In this document: positions 1-9,546 of the stretch, piece after piece
Layout: each line of letters begins with the position of its first letter
How positions within the stretch are numbered: position 1 is the first letter of the stretch
Assembly (NCBI GenBank): GCA_046757165.1
Contig: JBHHXT010000069.1
Span: 1-21,745, forward strand
DNA from: a bacterium
GTDB taxonomy: Bacteria; Zhuqueibacterota; Zhuqueibacteria; Oceanimicrobiales; Oceanimicrobiaceae
Direction: 5' to 3'
DNA: 21,745 bases
Program-made: the position numbers and the translations under genes
Notes under the pieces: generated by a model
Told to the model about the DNA's origin: nothing
What the model saw: only the letters and a program-made list of their open reading frames with translations
Database searches by the model: none

Positions 1-62
1 GGGCTAAAGAGGCAGGCCAGGTATTTATACCCTGTTTAATCAAGAGGATAAACGGCCTACTC

Positions 63-85
63 AAAACACGGTCACAGACCGTGTT
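63..85 (-). terminator. Probable intrinsic terminator at end of polysaccharide operon
   Basis: Perfect 9-bp stem AACACGGTC(65-73)/GACCGTGTT(77-85) with a 3-nt loop, 15 nt after the wecA-like stop. On the minus strand it ends in TTTT, a short U-tract. Confidence 0.6.
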
Positions 86-100
86 GGACCATATTTGCCC

Positions 101-1183
101 CTAGCGCACCGGCTCGCGCTTCTTGACTTCCCGGCCACCGGGTTGTTCAAACGCATCCCGCCGGGCCAGAAAATCGAAACAGCCGAGGTGAAACAAGCCC
201 ACGACAAACGGAAAGAAGAGCCCCCCCAGAATCAGCAGCGATTGTTCAAGATTGATAAAGAGCAGCACCAGACTGACCACCGCCAACAAGATCGTAACGG
301 CATAAATGATCAGGATGGCCGAGAGCTGCCTGAACCCGAGGTCGAGCAAACGGTGGTGGATATGCTTCTTATCAGCCCAAAAGGGATGATGCCGCTCACT
401 AATCCGGCGAACAACAGCCAGCGTCGTATCGATCAAAGGGATCCCAAACGGAACGAGCAGCGCCCCTAAATGGGTGCCTGACTCCCCGAAGGTGAAGACA
501 TTCATGGACAAGCAAGCCAGGCAAAACCCCAAAAACAGACTGCCGCTGTCTCCCATAAATATTCTTGCAGGCGGCAGATTGTATTTGAGAAATCCCAACG
601 TCGCGCCAACAAAAACCATCGCAGCCGCAGCCACGGCCGCATTTCCCGTCATGCCAGCGACGATCAGGATCAAGGTGCCTGCCAGGACGCTGAAGCCTGC
701 GGCCAGGCCGTCCAGGCCATCCAACAAATTGAGGGCGTTGGTGACGCTCACGATCCAGAACACGGACACAGGAAATGCCCAGACGCCCAGGTCGAGGGTG
801 GCCGCCAACGGCAGGTCAATGGTTTGAATCACAAACCCGTGGGTGACCGCCAGGGTAGCAGCCATGGTTTGCACGGCCAGTTTGGTGTAGCAGCTCAAGA
901 CGTAGATGTCATCGAACAACCCCAGCAGCATGACCATGCCCGCGCCGATCAACAAGCCGGCGCCCAGCTCCGTCTCGCTCGCAGTGGGGTGAAGAATGAG
1001 ACCGCCAGCCGCGAAGGCGAGCGCAATCGCCACCCCTCCCAGCTTGGGGACCGTACTCGCATGGATGGTTCGGTGATTAGAGACCGCAATGACCCCGAAT
1101 CTTATCGCAAGCCGTCGCATCAGCGGAGTGAACACTAACGAGATGAGAAACGCAGCAAGCGCTGAGAGCAGAGTGAGTGGCAT
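101..1183 (-). CDS. wecA: MraY/WecA/TagO-family undecaprenyl-phosphate HexNAc-1-phosphate transferase (initiating transferase)
   Basis: 360 aa, very hydrophobic. Motifs PKLGG, LGLFDD, NALNLLDGLDGLA, IFMGDSGS and DKKHIHHRL. Purine-rich RBS AAGGAAAGGGGT upstream. Confidence 0.9.
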   Translation of the reverse strand: MPLTLLSALAAFLISLVFTPLMRRLAIRFGVIAVSNHRTIHASTVPKLGGVAIALAFAAGGLILHPTASETELGAGLLIGAGMVMLLGLFDDIYVLSCYTKLAVQTMAATLAVTHGFVIQTIDLPLAATLDLGVWAFPVSVFWIVSVTNALNLLDGLDGLAAGFSVLAGTLILIVAGMTGNAAVAAAAMVFVGATLGFLKYNLPPARIFMGDSGSLFLGFCLACLSMNVFTFGESGTHLGALLVPFGIPLIDTTLAVVRRISERHHPFWADKKHIHHRLLDLGFRQLSAILIIYAVTILLAVVSLVLLFINLEQSLLILGGLFFPFVVGLFHLGCFDFLARRDAFEQPGGREVKKREPVR

Positions 1184-1252
1184 GACACCCTTTCCTTCCT
1201 TAGTAAGTGGTTTAATCCTTTAATTCTTGCGTTTTTTAGGAGAACCCTGAAT

Positions 1253-2383
1253 TCAAGTAGTTGTCAAAATCTCATCGAAAACACCTTCCATCTGCTTGTT
1301 GATGGAATCCAATGAGAAGTTCTGAACAACTCTCTGCAGCGCATTTCTCCCATACTGTTCTCTTTTGTTTTTGTCCCCTAAGATGATATTCAGGGCAGAG
1401 GCAAGGCTTGTTGCATCGTTGACAGGGACAACGAGTCCTGTCACTTCATGCTGGTTAACCCAAGGCACGCCCGTCTCAAGATTGGTGCTCACAACAGGTT
1501 TGCCGCAAGCCATGGCTTCCAATTGAACCAAACCAAAAGCTTCGCTTCTTTCATTGGATGGCAATACAAATACATCGCATGCATGATAAAGTGCAACAAG
1601 CTCTTCATTGTCAACATCATGCTTCATGAATACCTTATTGTCAAGGCGTAGACGCTTGATCTGATCTCGAAGGTGCTGTCTAAGTGGACCGTCGCCAACG
1701 ATGATTATTCTACCTGCAATGTCGGTGGCAGCAGATAGTAGAACATCAAGACCCTTATAGTAGGTCAGTCTGCCAACAAATAATACTATTTTTTCTCTGG
1801 ATACCCTACGTATTTCTTCTGCTCCCTTTCTGACTCTACTTGAGGTCCTGAATTTGCCAAGACTTATTCCTAAAGGAACTATGACACACTTGTCTCTAAA
1901 TTTCGATAGAAATAGTGAATGCTCGACATAGTTTGGGGAAGTTGCCACAATTCGATTTGCCCGCTCCAACAGCTTGAACAAAAACTTTTCATAAAGTCTG
2001 GAAAGCCTTCTTTGTCGAACAATATCACTATGCCATTCGACCAAAAGCTTACCTTTTGGCTTCGCCAGGAGATATGAAATGTGCGCCATAGGATTTGGAA
2101 GGTGCATATGAATTATCGTGTTTTCACAACCATCTAGCTGTTTGATGTGGTGAGGAAATGTAGGACAAATTGGCGTCGAAAACAGCTCACCCCAATTTGC
2201 AAGTCTTGTAACTCGCACACCATCAATCATCTCAGTGACTGTCTTCGGCTCTGTGTTGGCGACTAGGACATTGATATCAAAGTTGCTCTTCAAATGCATA
2301 CACAAATCATAGAGATGAGTTTCCATCCCACCTGGCTGAGGATAGTAATATTTGCCCAATTGAATTAGTCTAGTGCTCGGCAT
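1253..2383 (-). CDS. GT4 family glycosyltransferase (GT-B fold)
   Basis: 376 aa. N-terminal GKYYYPQPGGMET, LFVGRLTYYKG and EAFGLVQLEAMACGKPVV (E-x7-E). Start overlaps the upstream GT4 by 14 nt. Confidence 0.92.
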   Translation of the reverse strand: MPSTRLIQLGKYYYPQPGGMETHLYDLCMHLKSNFDINVLVANTEPKTVTEMIDGVRVTRLANWGELFSTPICPTFPHHIKQLDGCENTIIHMHLPNPMAHISYLLAKPKGKLLVEWHSDIVRQRRLSRLYEKFLFKLLERANRIVATSPNYVEHSLFLSKFRDKCVIVPLGISLGKFRTSSRVRKGAEEIRRVSREKIVLFVGRLTYYKGLDVLLSAATDIAGRIIIVGDGPLRQHLRDQIKRLRLDNKVFMKHDVDNEELVALYHACDVFVLPSNERSEAFGLVQLEAMACGKPVVSTNLETGVPWVNQHEVTGLVVPVNDATSLASALNIILGDKNKREQYGRNALQRVVQNFSLDSINKQMEGVFDEILTTT

Positions 2384-3500
2384 ATGCTTCGTGGTAAACT
2401 GCCAAAGTTTCTTTCACGGTTCGCTCCCAGCTGAACTCTTCGACCCTTCTAAAACCTTTGTCAACAAGAGCACTTCTCATTTGTGGGTCATAAAGTGTGC
2501 GACAAATCATTTCTTTCCATTCTCCAACAGAATGGGGATTAGCAAGAAGTGCGCCTTGCTCACAGACCTCACGGTGAACTGGTATGTCAGAAGCAACAAC
2601 GGGAGTGCCGCAAGCGAAAGCTTCCAACGGTGGGAATCCAAATCCTTCATAAATCGAAGGGAACAGGAATAGTTCGGCCCCTGCATATAGCGCGGGCATG
2701 TCAGTTTGGTCAACATAGCCAGTCCATTTGATATCAGTGTCTCCCTTCTGCGGCCCCATAACATTCAGTGTGCGTTCGCTCAACCATCCGTTTTTGCCGC
2801 AAAGCACAAGTTTGTGAGGCAGAGCTTTTTCAGCTTTCAACTCGCTGAATGCCTGGATTATGATATCCAGATTCTTTCTCGGCTCTAGTGTGGCCACCGC
2901 CAAGATATAGGGGCGTTCTATACACAGTCTTTCTAGGGCTTGCGCTTCTTTTCCCCTAGAATAGTTCATGAACTCCTGACCAGCAGCGGCAGGCACTATG
3001 CTAAGTGAATGCGTTTCTAGATCAAATGCCTGATTCAATTCATCCCGAACACTTTCAGATAAAGTGATGATCTTGGTAGCACAACGTATGGAATTTACGA
3101 AAATAGGCCAATAATATAATCTCTTGCTCCACGGAATTGTAGCCGCATAGTGTTTGAAAACTAGATCATGTACGGTCACAACCGTCTTCGTTGAACGCAG
3201 CAACGGCGAGGTGAACGACATCGAATGAAGCAATTCCACAGAGTCTTTCTTTAAACACCGTGGCAAAGTCAACTGCTCCCAAAAGATGCGCCACACGGGA
3301 GAGCAAACGTCAACACCATGAATAGCAATTGTATTTGGCTGTCGATGTTCCTCAAACCAACCTTGCATTTCTCGATGGCAATAAACAACAAATTCTTCTT
3401 CTCTGGCCAATGACATCAAGGCCGCCGTCAGATTAGCTGCATACTGGCCAGTGCCCGTCCGTTGTCTGGTGGCAATCGTTGCGTTAAGTCCTATTCGCAT
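2370..3500 (-). CDS. GT4 family glycosyltransferase (MtfB/WbpY-like, possibly mannosyl/rhamnosyl transferase)
   Basis: 376 aa. TGTGQY, VVTVHDL, TLEPRKN and FPSIYEGFGFPPLEAFACGTPVVASD motifs. Confidence 0.92.
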   Translation of the reverse strand: MRIGLNATIATRQRTGTGQYAANLTAALMSLAREEEFVVYCHREMQGWFEEHRQPNTIAIHGVDVCSPVWRIFWEQLTLPRCLKKDSVELLHSMSFTSPLLRSTKTVVTVHDLVFKHYAATIPWSKRLYYWPIFVNSIRCATKIITLSESVRDELNQAFDLETHSLSIVPAAAGQEFMNYSRGKEAQALERLCIERPYILAVATLEPRKNLDIIIQAFSELKAEKALPHKLVLCGKNGWLSERTLNVMGPQKGDTDIKWTGYVDQTDMPALYAGAELFLFPSIYEGFGFPPLEAFACGTPVVASDIPVHREVCEQGALLANPHSVGEWKEMICRTLYDPQMRSALVDKGFRRVEEFSWERTVKETLAVYHEAYAEH

Positions 3501-4993
3501 TTCATGTCTCTATTTGGTGCTGCCTCATCGGCCTTCACCTTGTGCAAGACAAATTCTGATGCAGCTAGTACCAGGCCCATAAAAAACCAAACATAAAACT
3601 GTGTATAGAAATGATAGGTGAGGTTGCACCCGAGCAAAACCAGGTAGGCAGATAGCAAGCCTATGAGTCTGAAATACCACTTCCTATCACCAATCCTTTT
3701 GACCTTGGAGATCGCCCTTGATAGATAGTTGATTAGAACCCCGATCAAGCTCAACTCAACTAGAAAGCCAATTAGCCCAGTCTCTGCCAAAAAGCTGAAG
3801 TAAGCCGAGTGTGTCATCGCATGCGACGATGCCAGATAATTCTGAGCAAAGAATTCACCGTAGTTGTTCAATCCGACACCAAACAGAGGATTCTGAACCC
3901 ATGCATCGACAGCAACCAGAATCCATTTCAAGTGATCACTTGTGGAACGGTGTGAAGGGTCAAATGACTGAAAGAATCGACCGACGAAACTCTCAACAAC
4001 GGACGGGGAAATCGCCGAAATCAGCACAGTCGCCATCAGCGTTGTGAGGCCGATGCGCACAGTAATTTTCCTGGTAAGCTTTATCTTGAGAAGGTAGTAG
4101 CCCAATACACCCAATCCGATAACGAGGCCAATCCATGAGCTCCTAGAAAACGTTAACCCAACGCAAAGGAATAACAAGAACGCGCCAACGACGAGCACCA
4201 TCAATTTAAGCCTCGTGAGACTCATTGTAGCATATTGCGAAGACAGTTTGGAAAGGAGTAAGACAAGAGACATGCCGGTGAAAGCACCAATTAATACAGG
4301 ATCATTGAATGTAGAATTGATTCTTGGAACAATGTTGCCGGCAAACTCGAAAACAGTCAAACCGGTATTGTAGTATCTGCTGTGCTCAAGATATTCAACA
4401 AATGGTAGGTTTGCTTGCAAACCGAACACAAAAGCAATCACTTGGTAGAATCCGTAGACGGCACCGAGGATGCCAACCCAGATCAGGTAATCGATTGCCT
4501 TCCTGATTCGTTCCTCCGTGTTAAGAAGTTCAAATGCGATAAACATCAAGGCAAAGAGAAACAGATAGAGGATTGATACTCTGATCACTCTAATGGGTTC
4601 AATAGCCCAAATCGTGCCTAGTACGTATATCGAAAGGAGAATGAAGAAGAAAACGTAGACTGGTGTAATGCGCAATCTAAGTCTGCACCCCACAAGCGCT
4701 CTGCAGAATATGTATGGTAAAGTCAGTAAAATAATAATCATTGGTAAACGAATGGAGAAACCAACATAGTAGCTGTACTTCTCCAGTATGAGGGAAAGGA
4801 TCAGTACGAACAGATAAACCTCAAAACTCCAGAGTCTTTTGACGAGCAATGGACTGAAGCCGATCAATACGCCCACCGCAAGTGAGGCAACTGTCCACTG
4901 AATCGCAAGACAGCATGTGAGAAACAGGAAGACGGCATACAGTAGACGTAGCTCACCATTCCAAGCAGATCTTTTTGCAGAATCTGCAATCAT
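3491..4993 (-). CDS. O-antigen ligase/Wzy polymerase family membrane protein (probable Wzy)
   Basis: Many TM segments. RINSTFNDP, LTFSRSSWIG, NPLFGVGLNNY and THSAYFSFLAETGLIG (Wzy_C-type motifs). Start moved to ATG 4993 because the track start (5137) overlaps the GT2 gene by 137 nt. Confidence 0.85.
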   Translation of the reverse strand: MIADSAKRSAWNGELRLLYAVFLFLTCCLAIQWTVASLAVGVLIGFSPLLVKRLWSFEVYLFVLILSLILEKYSYYVGFSIRLPMIIILLTLPYIFCRALVGCRLRLRITPVYVFFFILLSIYVLGTIWAIEPIRVIRVSILYLFLFALMFIAFELLNTEERIRKAIDYLIWVGILGAVYGFYQVIAFVFGLQANLPFVEYLEHSRYYNTGLTVFEFAGNIVPRINSTFNDPVLIGAFTGMSLVLLLSKLSSQYATMSLTRLKLMVLVVGAFLLFLCVGLTFSRSSWIGLVIGLGVLGYYLLKIKLTRKITVRIGLTTLMATVLISAISPSVVESFVGRFFQSFDPSHRSTSDHLKWILVAVDAWVQNPLFGVGLNNYGEFFAQNYLASSHAMTHSAYFSFLAETGLIGFLVELSLIGVLINYLSRAISKVKRIGDRKWYFRLIGLLSAYLVLLGCNLTYHFYTQFYVWFFMGLVLAASEFVLHKVKADEAAPNRDMKCE

Positions 4994-5000
4994 CTTCAAA

Positions 5001-5927
5001 CTAATGAGGTACTGAAGAGGCTTTCCCATATTTCTTCTTGCGAAAGTCCCAAAATGCCAAAAAGAGAGAGAGAATACTCTTCCAGTCAAGGCACACCAGT
5101 GACCAAGAGGCTCTCTTGATAGCACTGAAGAATACACTCATCCAGAATACTCCCGTGAACGAGTAATGTTTTTCTATAAAAATTAGCAAGTTTCGCATAT
5201 CGTAGTAGTGATGTAGAAATGTGTACTTGCCGCGAAACCTAGAAATGGCAGTCTTGTGATAGACAACTGCATCAGGAACAACGACTACTTTGCTGTCTAT
5301 CCTTCTTGCCCGAATGCACCAGTCTGCATCCTCGCTGCCAAAAAAGTAATCGGAATCAAGCAAACCTATTTTCTTGATCAAATCAACCCTGACAAGCATC
5401 GCGCACCCTGACACCCATTCCGTTTCTATATATCTACCGCATCCGTGAGCCTCGCTATCATCTTTGGAAGATAAATGAAAAGGCCTATGTGTTCTTGAAT
5501 CAATATAGCCACCAAGTGACCAAATGTGCTTCGGATGAGAAAAGTACTTAATACAAGGCCCAATGACACCTACTTCGGGCTGACTCTGTGCCACGTCAAC
5601 GAGTTTATCCAAAAAATCTGGTTCAACACTAGTGTCATAGTTAAGGAGCAAAACATATTCATATCCATTCTCGATAGCCCACTCGATGCCGACATTATTA
5701 CCGGCTGGAAAACCGAGGTTCGACGAATTGCAAATAAGCTTCAAGTCTGGATAGTTGGTTGTCAAGTACTCCTGCGAACCGTCATCAGAATTGTTGTCCA
5801 CAACGACAATTGTGTATTCCGGATAACGAATGCTTGCAAGCGACTCGAGACAGTCACGGAGTATCCTCAATCCATTCCAATTGAGAATGATGATAGCAAC
5901 CTGAGGATTCTGACTTGATGTTGTCAT
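5001..5927 (-). CDS. GT2 family glycosyltransferase (WbbL/rhamnosyltransferase-like)
   Basis: 308 aa. IIILNWNG, VVDNNSDDGS, NLGFPAGNNVG, LLNYD, VSGCAMLV and FFGSEDADWC. Confidence 0.92.
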   Translation of the reverse strand: MTTSSQNPQVAIIILNWNGLRILRDCLESLASIRYPEYTIVVVDNNSDDGSQEYLTTNYPDLKLICNSSNLGFPAGNNVGIEWAIENGYEYVLLLNYDTSVEPDFLDKLVDVAQSQPEVGVIGPCIKYFSHPKHIWSLGGYIDSRTHRPFHLSSKDDSEAHGCGRYIETEWVSGCAMLVRVDLIKKIGLLDSDYFFGSEDADWCIRARRIDSKVVVVPDAVVYHKTAISRFRGKYTFLHHYYDMRNLLIFIEKHYSFTGVFWMSVFFSAIKRASWSLVCLDWKSILSLFLAFWDFRKKKYGKASSVPH

Positions 5928-5983
5928 TTAGAGCGATCTATAAAATATATGTGATGGTCAAGTTATCGTTAGTGTGAAAACTA

Positions 5984-7009
5984 CTAAACTTCACAAGCCA
6001 ATCCATTCCCGGCCCTGAAATAGTCCCGCATGGCATTGCGCCATACCTCTATTTCGTGAATGTCCTCTTTGTTGAACGCTATTTCCTGCAATGCCATTTT
6101 TGCCAAATACACCGGGATGTAGGCATAGGCCAATTCCACATTGACTTGCATCTTGTCACAATAGTTCTGTATCAAGTTAGCGGCAAAATGATGATACCAG
6201 TTTTTCTTCAAAAAAAACCGAGTGATTCCTTCACCGGGATAGTCAGGCTGCCGGGGCAGATAGATACACGTCGCAATCACCAAATGCAAGAGGTCGAGCA
6301 ACGGAATATTTTTTGGCGAGTAGGTTTCCCAATCGATGACTGTGATGCCCGACTCCTCTGAAAACATGAGATTGTGTGGATTGAAATCTCCATGTATGGC
6401 AGTCAGAGGAATACTTTGGTTTTTGAACTTTTCGAGACCTTCTATGACGTGCTCAAAATCGACATCATTGAGTACAGCCGTCTTGAACTCGCCAAGCGGC
6501 TGCCGGACGTGTTCATCAATAAACGCATCATCGATCACCCTCAGCCCGGCATTCGAAATCTGATGAAAATCCAGCAACCATTGCAGCGAAAGTGGCAAAA
6601 ACCGTTTGACCTGCTTCTTCATGCTTAAAGAGCTCTTGATCAGGTGGATTAATGTTCTCCCCCTTGCGACCGATTGCCAGACCACTTTCTTGCCATCCCG
6701 GTTGTCAATTAGAATGACGCGGGGCACGCTATTCTCGAGCCGGGTGTTTCTCAAAAGGTGATGTAACTCGATGAGTGCATCCGTCTCCAATTGCAGCCTG
6801 CTGTCATCTCCTGGGTTGCGCGGCACGCGGACAAAAAGCCTCGGACTCGATTCATCGTTGATGAATCCCAGAAAGGAGACACTGCCATTTTTGCGACTGC
6901 TGCCTTGAACCTTCAAAACACTGGCAGTTGACACCGCAATTTTTCCATTATCGGGGAAAAGCTGCCCCGAATCTTCCACCAGTTTCTGGATGATGTAATC
7001 GAACATCAT
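5984..7009 (-). CDS. Aminoglycoside-phosphotransferase/choline-kinase-like phosphotransferase
   Basis: 341 aa. Catalytic HGDFNPHN and metal-binding VIDWE motifs, followed by PLLDL. ATGA overlap with the upstream methyltransferase stop. Confidence 0.82.
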   Translation of the reverse strand: MMFDYIIQKLVEDSGQLFPDNGKIAVSTASVLKVQGSSRKNGSVSFLGFINDESSPRLFVRVPRNPGDDSRLQLETDALIELHHLLRNTRLENSVPRVILIDNRDGKKVVWQSVARGRTLIHLIKSSLSMKKQVKRFLPLSLQWLLDFHQISNAGLRVIDDAFIDEHVRQPLGEFKTAVLNDVDFEHVIEGLEKFKNQSIPLTAIHGDFNPHNLMFSEESGITVIDWETYSPKNIPLLDLLHLVIATCIYLPRQPDYPGEGITRFFLKKNWYHHFAANLIQNYCDKMQVNVELAYAYIPVYLAKMALQEIAFNKEDIHEIEVWRNAMRDYFRAGNGLACEV

Positions 7010-8067
7010 GTCGGCTCCGCGACTATAGAGTATCCTGGCACAAAATACTTGAAAAGACCCAAAACAGACAAAACCCTTGTCATAACATAGACAATCTGGT
7101 GTTTAAAACTCCGCCTGGGGATACAATTCTTCAAATAGTAGTTGACGATTCCCTGGTCCTGCAACGGGATGATGTACTCCGGGTCCCGGTACGTCCGAAC
7201 AGGCAAATAGAATTGTATTCTGCCATAACCAGCCCGAGATAGAAGCGCCTGATATCCGAACATGGTATAGGTATAAGTTCTATACCCCCCCTTGTTCTTT
7301 AAGCGCATGTAGAGGTCAGCGATTCTCCGGGGCATCAAATTGGTAAACCTGGTCTCAGAATGTTCATCCCTGGCGCCGAAGAAATACTGAAAGCCAATTC
7401 TATTCTCGATGCCAATGTACAGCTTGCCACCCTTGTTCAAAATACGTTTTATCTCACGCAGCGCATCGGTTTGGTACGCATCCGGGCTCTTGTCGTTTAC
7501 CGCCATCCCGGTCCATTCTAACACACCGTTGAGCACTACGACGTCGAAATAACCGTCGGAAAAAGGTAAGGCAGCTTTATCCAACGGCTCGATATGAACC
7601 AAATCTATATTAGAAAGCTGCTCTTGTCTGGCTCGGATTCGCAGAAATTGCAACGTATCAATATTGGTATCAGCCGCTACGACCTCGCCAAAAGTGCGCG
7701 CCAAAGATGAGGTCACACTGCCCCAGCCGCAACCGATATCCAGCACTCTACTTTTCCTGTCGTGTGACAGAAGAAAACGGAAATCCCCCCGGCTCTCGTT
7801 CAGCGCGTAACCGTAAGTATGTTCATTCGTCTTCGGTAGCAGGCAGGTTTCCAGTGCTTCCTGATAGCCCTTTTCGTTGGCCACCTGCAGCAACTGATTC
7901 ATTTCAGATTTTTCGATCTGATTCCAGTAATATTCCTGCTCAGCAAACGAAGGAATCCCTTGTTTGAACCCCCAGCTTCTCGAACATTTCATGCAAACAG
8001 AAAGCAGATTCTCTGCCTCGAATTTAATTCCGCCCTGACATTCCGGACAAACCAGCTCTGCCTTCAT
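7006..8067 (-). CDS. Class I SAM-dependent methyltransferase with N-terminal Trm112-like Zn-ribbon
   Basis: N-terminus LVCPECQG...CMKCSRSWGFKQGIPSF, motif I VLDIGCGWG, then LPFSDGYFDVVVLNGVLEW. Start chosen at ATG 8067 (GGAG 7 nt upstream); the track gives 8079. Confidence 0.88.
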   Translation of the reverse strand: MKAELVCPECQGGIKFEAENLLSVCMKCSRSWGFKQGIPSFAEQEYYWNQIEKSEMNQLLQVANEKGYQEALETCLLPKTNEHTYGYALNESRGDFRFLLSHDRKSRVLDIGCGWGSVTSSLARTFGEVVAADTNIDTLQFLRIRARQEQLSNIDLVHIEPLDKAALPFSDGYFDVVVLNGVLEWTGMAVNDKSPDAYQTDALREIKRILNKGGKLYIGIENRIGFQYFFGARDEHSETRFTNLMPRRIADLYMRLKNKGGYRTYTYTMFGYQALLSRAGYGRIQFYLPVRTYRDPEYIIPLQDQGIVNYYLKNCIPRRSFKHQIVYVMTRVLSVLGLFKYFVPGYSIVAEPT

Positions 8068-8082
8068 TTGCAACTCCATCGA

Positions 8083-9513
8083 TTAGCGCATGACTTTTGC
8101 AAGATACTCGGCGATCAACTCCCGTTCGTGGTCCTCGAGTACCATGAAATAGGAGGCCACAAGAAAAAACAGCGCCAGCACGCCCCCGACCAGGAAAATG
8201 CTTTGCTCGCGCAACCCCAATCCGACCAGAGCAAGACTCGTGCACATCAAAACGATGTTGACCGCTTTCTTGTCGAGAAAAAGGCTTGGCACAATTCTCA
8301 GCGAGTAAGTCAGCAGTATGGAGAAAACCAAAACGTTGGTCAGCAACGTCGCGATGGCCGCACCCATAAAGCCATATCTCGGTATCAGGAAGTAATTCAA
8401 GACGATGTTGAAAAACGAAGCTGTCATTGTGGCGGCCATTCTTTGATTCTGTTTGCCGGCGGCCGTCAGGACAACCCCAAATGTGGTCGCCGCAAAGCGG
8501 ATAACCAGCAGCAAGGAAAGAAGTGCGAGCAAGCTCCCAGAAGCTTCATAAGCCGGCCCATAGACAAACGATATCAAGCTCGAGGCACTGGTAAATAAGA
8601 TCACGGTGAGTGACAGCCCAATCGTGATCAAGTACTTGTTCATCTTCACCATCACCCGCTTCATGTTGTCAAAAGATTCTTTGTAGAGACGGGACACGGT
8701 CGGGAAAAACGCGTTCTGGATGATTTCCACGAAAATCAGCCCGACCACAACCAGACGCATGGCTGCCTGGTAGATACCGACCTCATAACTATTGCGAAGA
8801 TGTTTGAGCATCACGGTATCGATCTGGAAATAGATAACCCCGAAGAGAATTTGAATCGCGTAGGGAGAAGCCTGCTTTAACAGCCCGGGCATGCACGCCC
8901 AGGCAACCCCACGCCCCGTCCTGAACAGATCTCTGGCGACGAACCCCGTCAAGACGAGCGCCAGCAGCCGTGACAAAGCATACGCCTGGGCAACCAGCAC
9001 GATCTCACCGTCAAAATCGTGCAGCACAAACATGACCAGCCCAAACAGAATCAAGGAATTATAGGCTGTGATGAGTGCTTCGAACTGGAATCTCTCGAGA
9101 CCCCGGTAGTAGCAAATTACCAGATTGATAAAATTGTCAAATACGACTGCAACCATCAGATAGAACACGGTCTGTGCAATTGTCTCCTGGTAGCCGATCA
9201 GCGAAGTGCTCGAGTGGACGAAAAGAAGCGTCAGTAAAGAGAGCAGTGCCTTCATCTTCAGAATGGTGCCAAAGTTTGTCAGCACAAACGGATTCTTTTG
9301 TGCAACTTCCCTGGTCACGTAGGTCGAGAGACCGAAATCGGCCAGAATGACGAACAGGGCTGTGAAGCTTTGTGAAAACGTGAAAACGCCAAAGCTCTCG
9401 ACCCCTACAACTCGAGCAATTCTGAAAACAACAATGCTCAGAAGCAGGAATCGCGCGCCAAAGGAAATGAGCGAAAAAAGCGTATTCTTAGCGAGTGTGT
9501 TCGGTATCTCCAT
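8083..9513 (-). CDS. wzx: Wzx flippase (polysaccharide biosynthesis transporter)
   Basis: About 476 aa with many TMs. LAKNTLF, ARVVGVESFG, DFGLSTYVTREVAQ, IDTVML...EVGIYQAA and LIPRYGFMGAAIAT. Start could be 9513, 9516 or 9519. Confidence 0.92.
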   Translation of the reverse strand: MEIPNTLAKNTLFSLISFGARFLLLSIVVFRIARVVGVESFGVFTFSQSFTALFVILADFGLSTYVTREVAQKNPFVLTNFGTILKMKALLSLLTLLFVHSSTSLIGYQETIAQTVFYLMVAVVFDNFINLVICYYRGLERFQFEALITAYNSLILFGLVMFVLHDFDGEIVLVAQAYALSRLLALVLTGFVARDLFRTGRGVAWACMPGLLKQASPYAIQILFGVIYFQIDTVMLKHLRNSYEVGIYQAAMRLVVVGLIFVEIIQNAFFPTVSRLYKESFDNMKRVMVKMNKYLITIGLSLTVILFTSASSLISFVYGPAYEASGSLLALLSLLLVIRFAATTFGVVLTAAGKQNQRMAATMTASFFNIVLNYFLIPRYGFMGAAIATLLTNVLVFSILLTYSLRIVPSLFLDKKAVNIVLMCTSLALVGLGLREQSIFLVGGVLALFFLVASYFMVLEDHERELIAEYLAKVMR

Positions 9514-9546
9514 CACCAAGTGTCAACGAATCCTAAAGAACGAAGA

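Noticed and set aside
4994..5137. N-terminal extension of the Wzy-like ORF
   Set aside because: It overlaps the GT2 gene; ATG 4993 just after the GT2 stop is more plausible.
6210..7291. Homopolymer runs (A8 near 6210-6217, C7 at 7285-7291) as phase-variation tracts
   Set aside because: The runs are short, the ORFs are intact, and there is no evidence of length variation.
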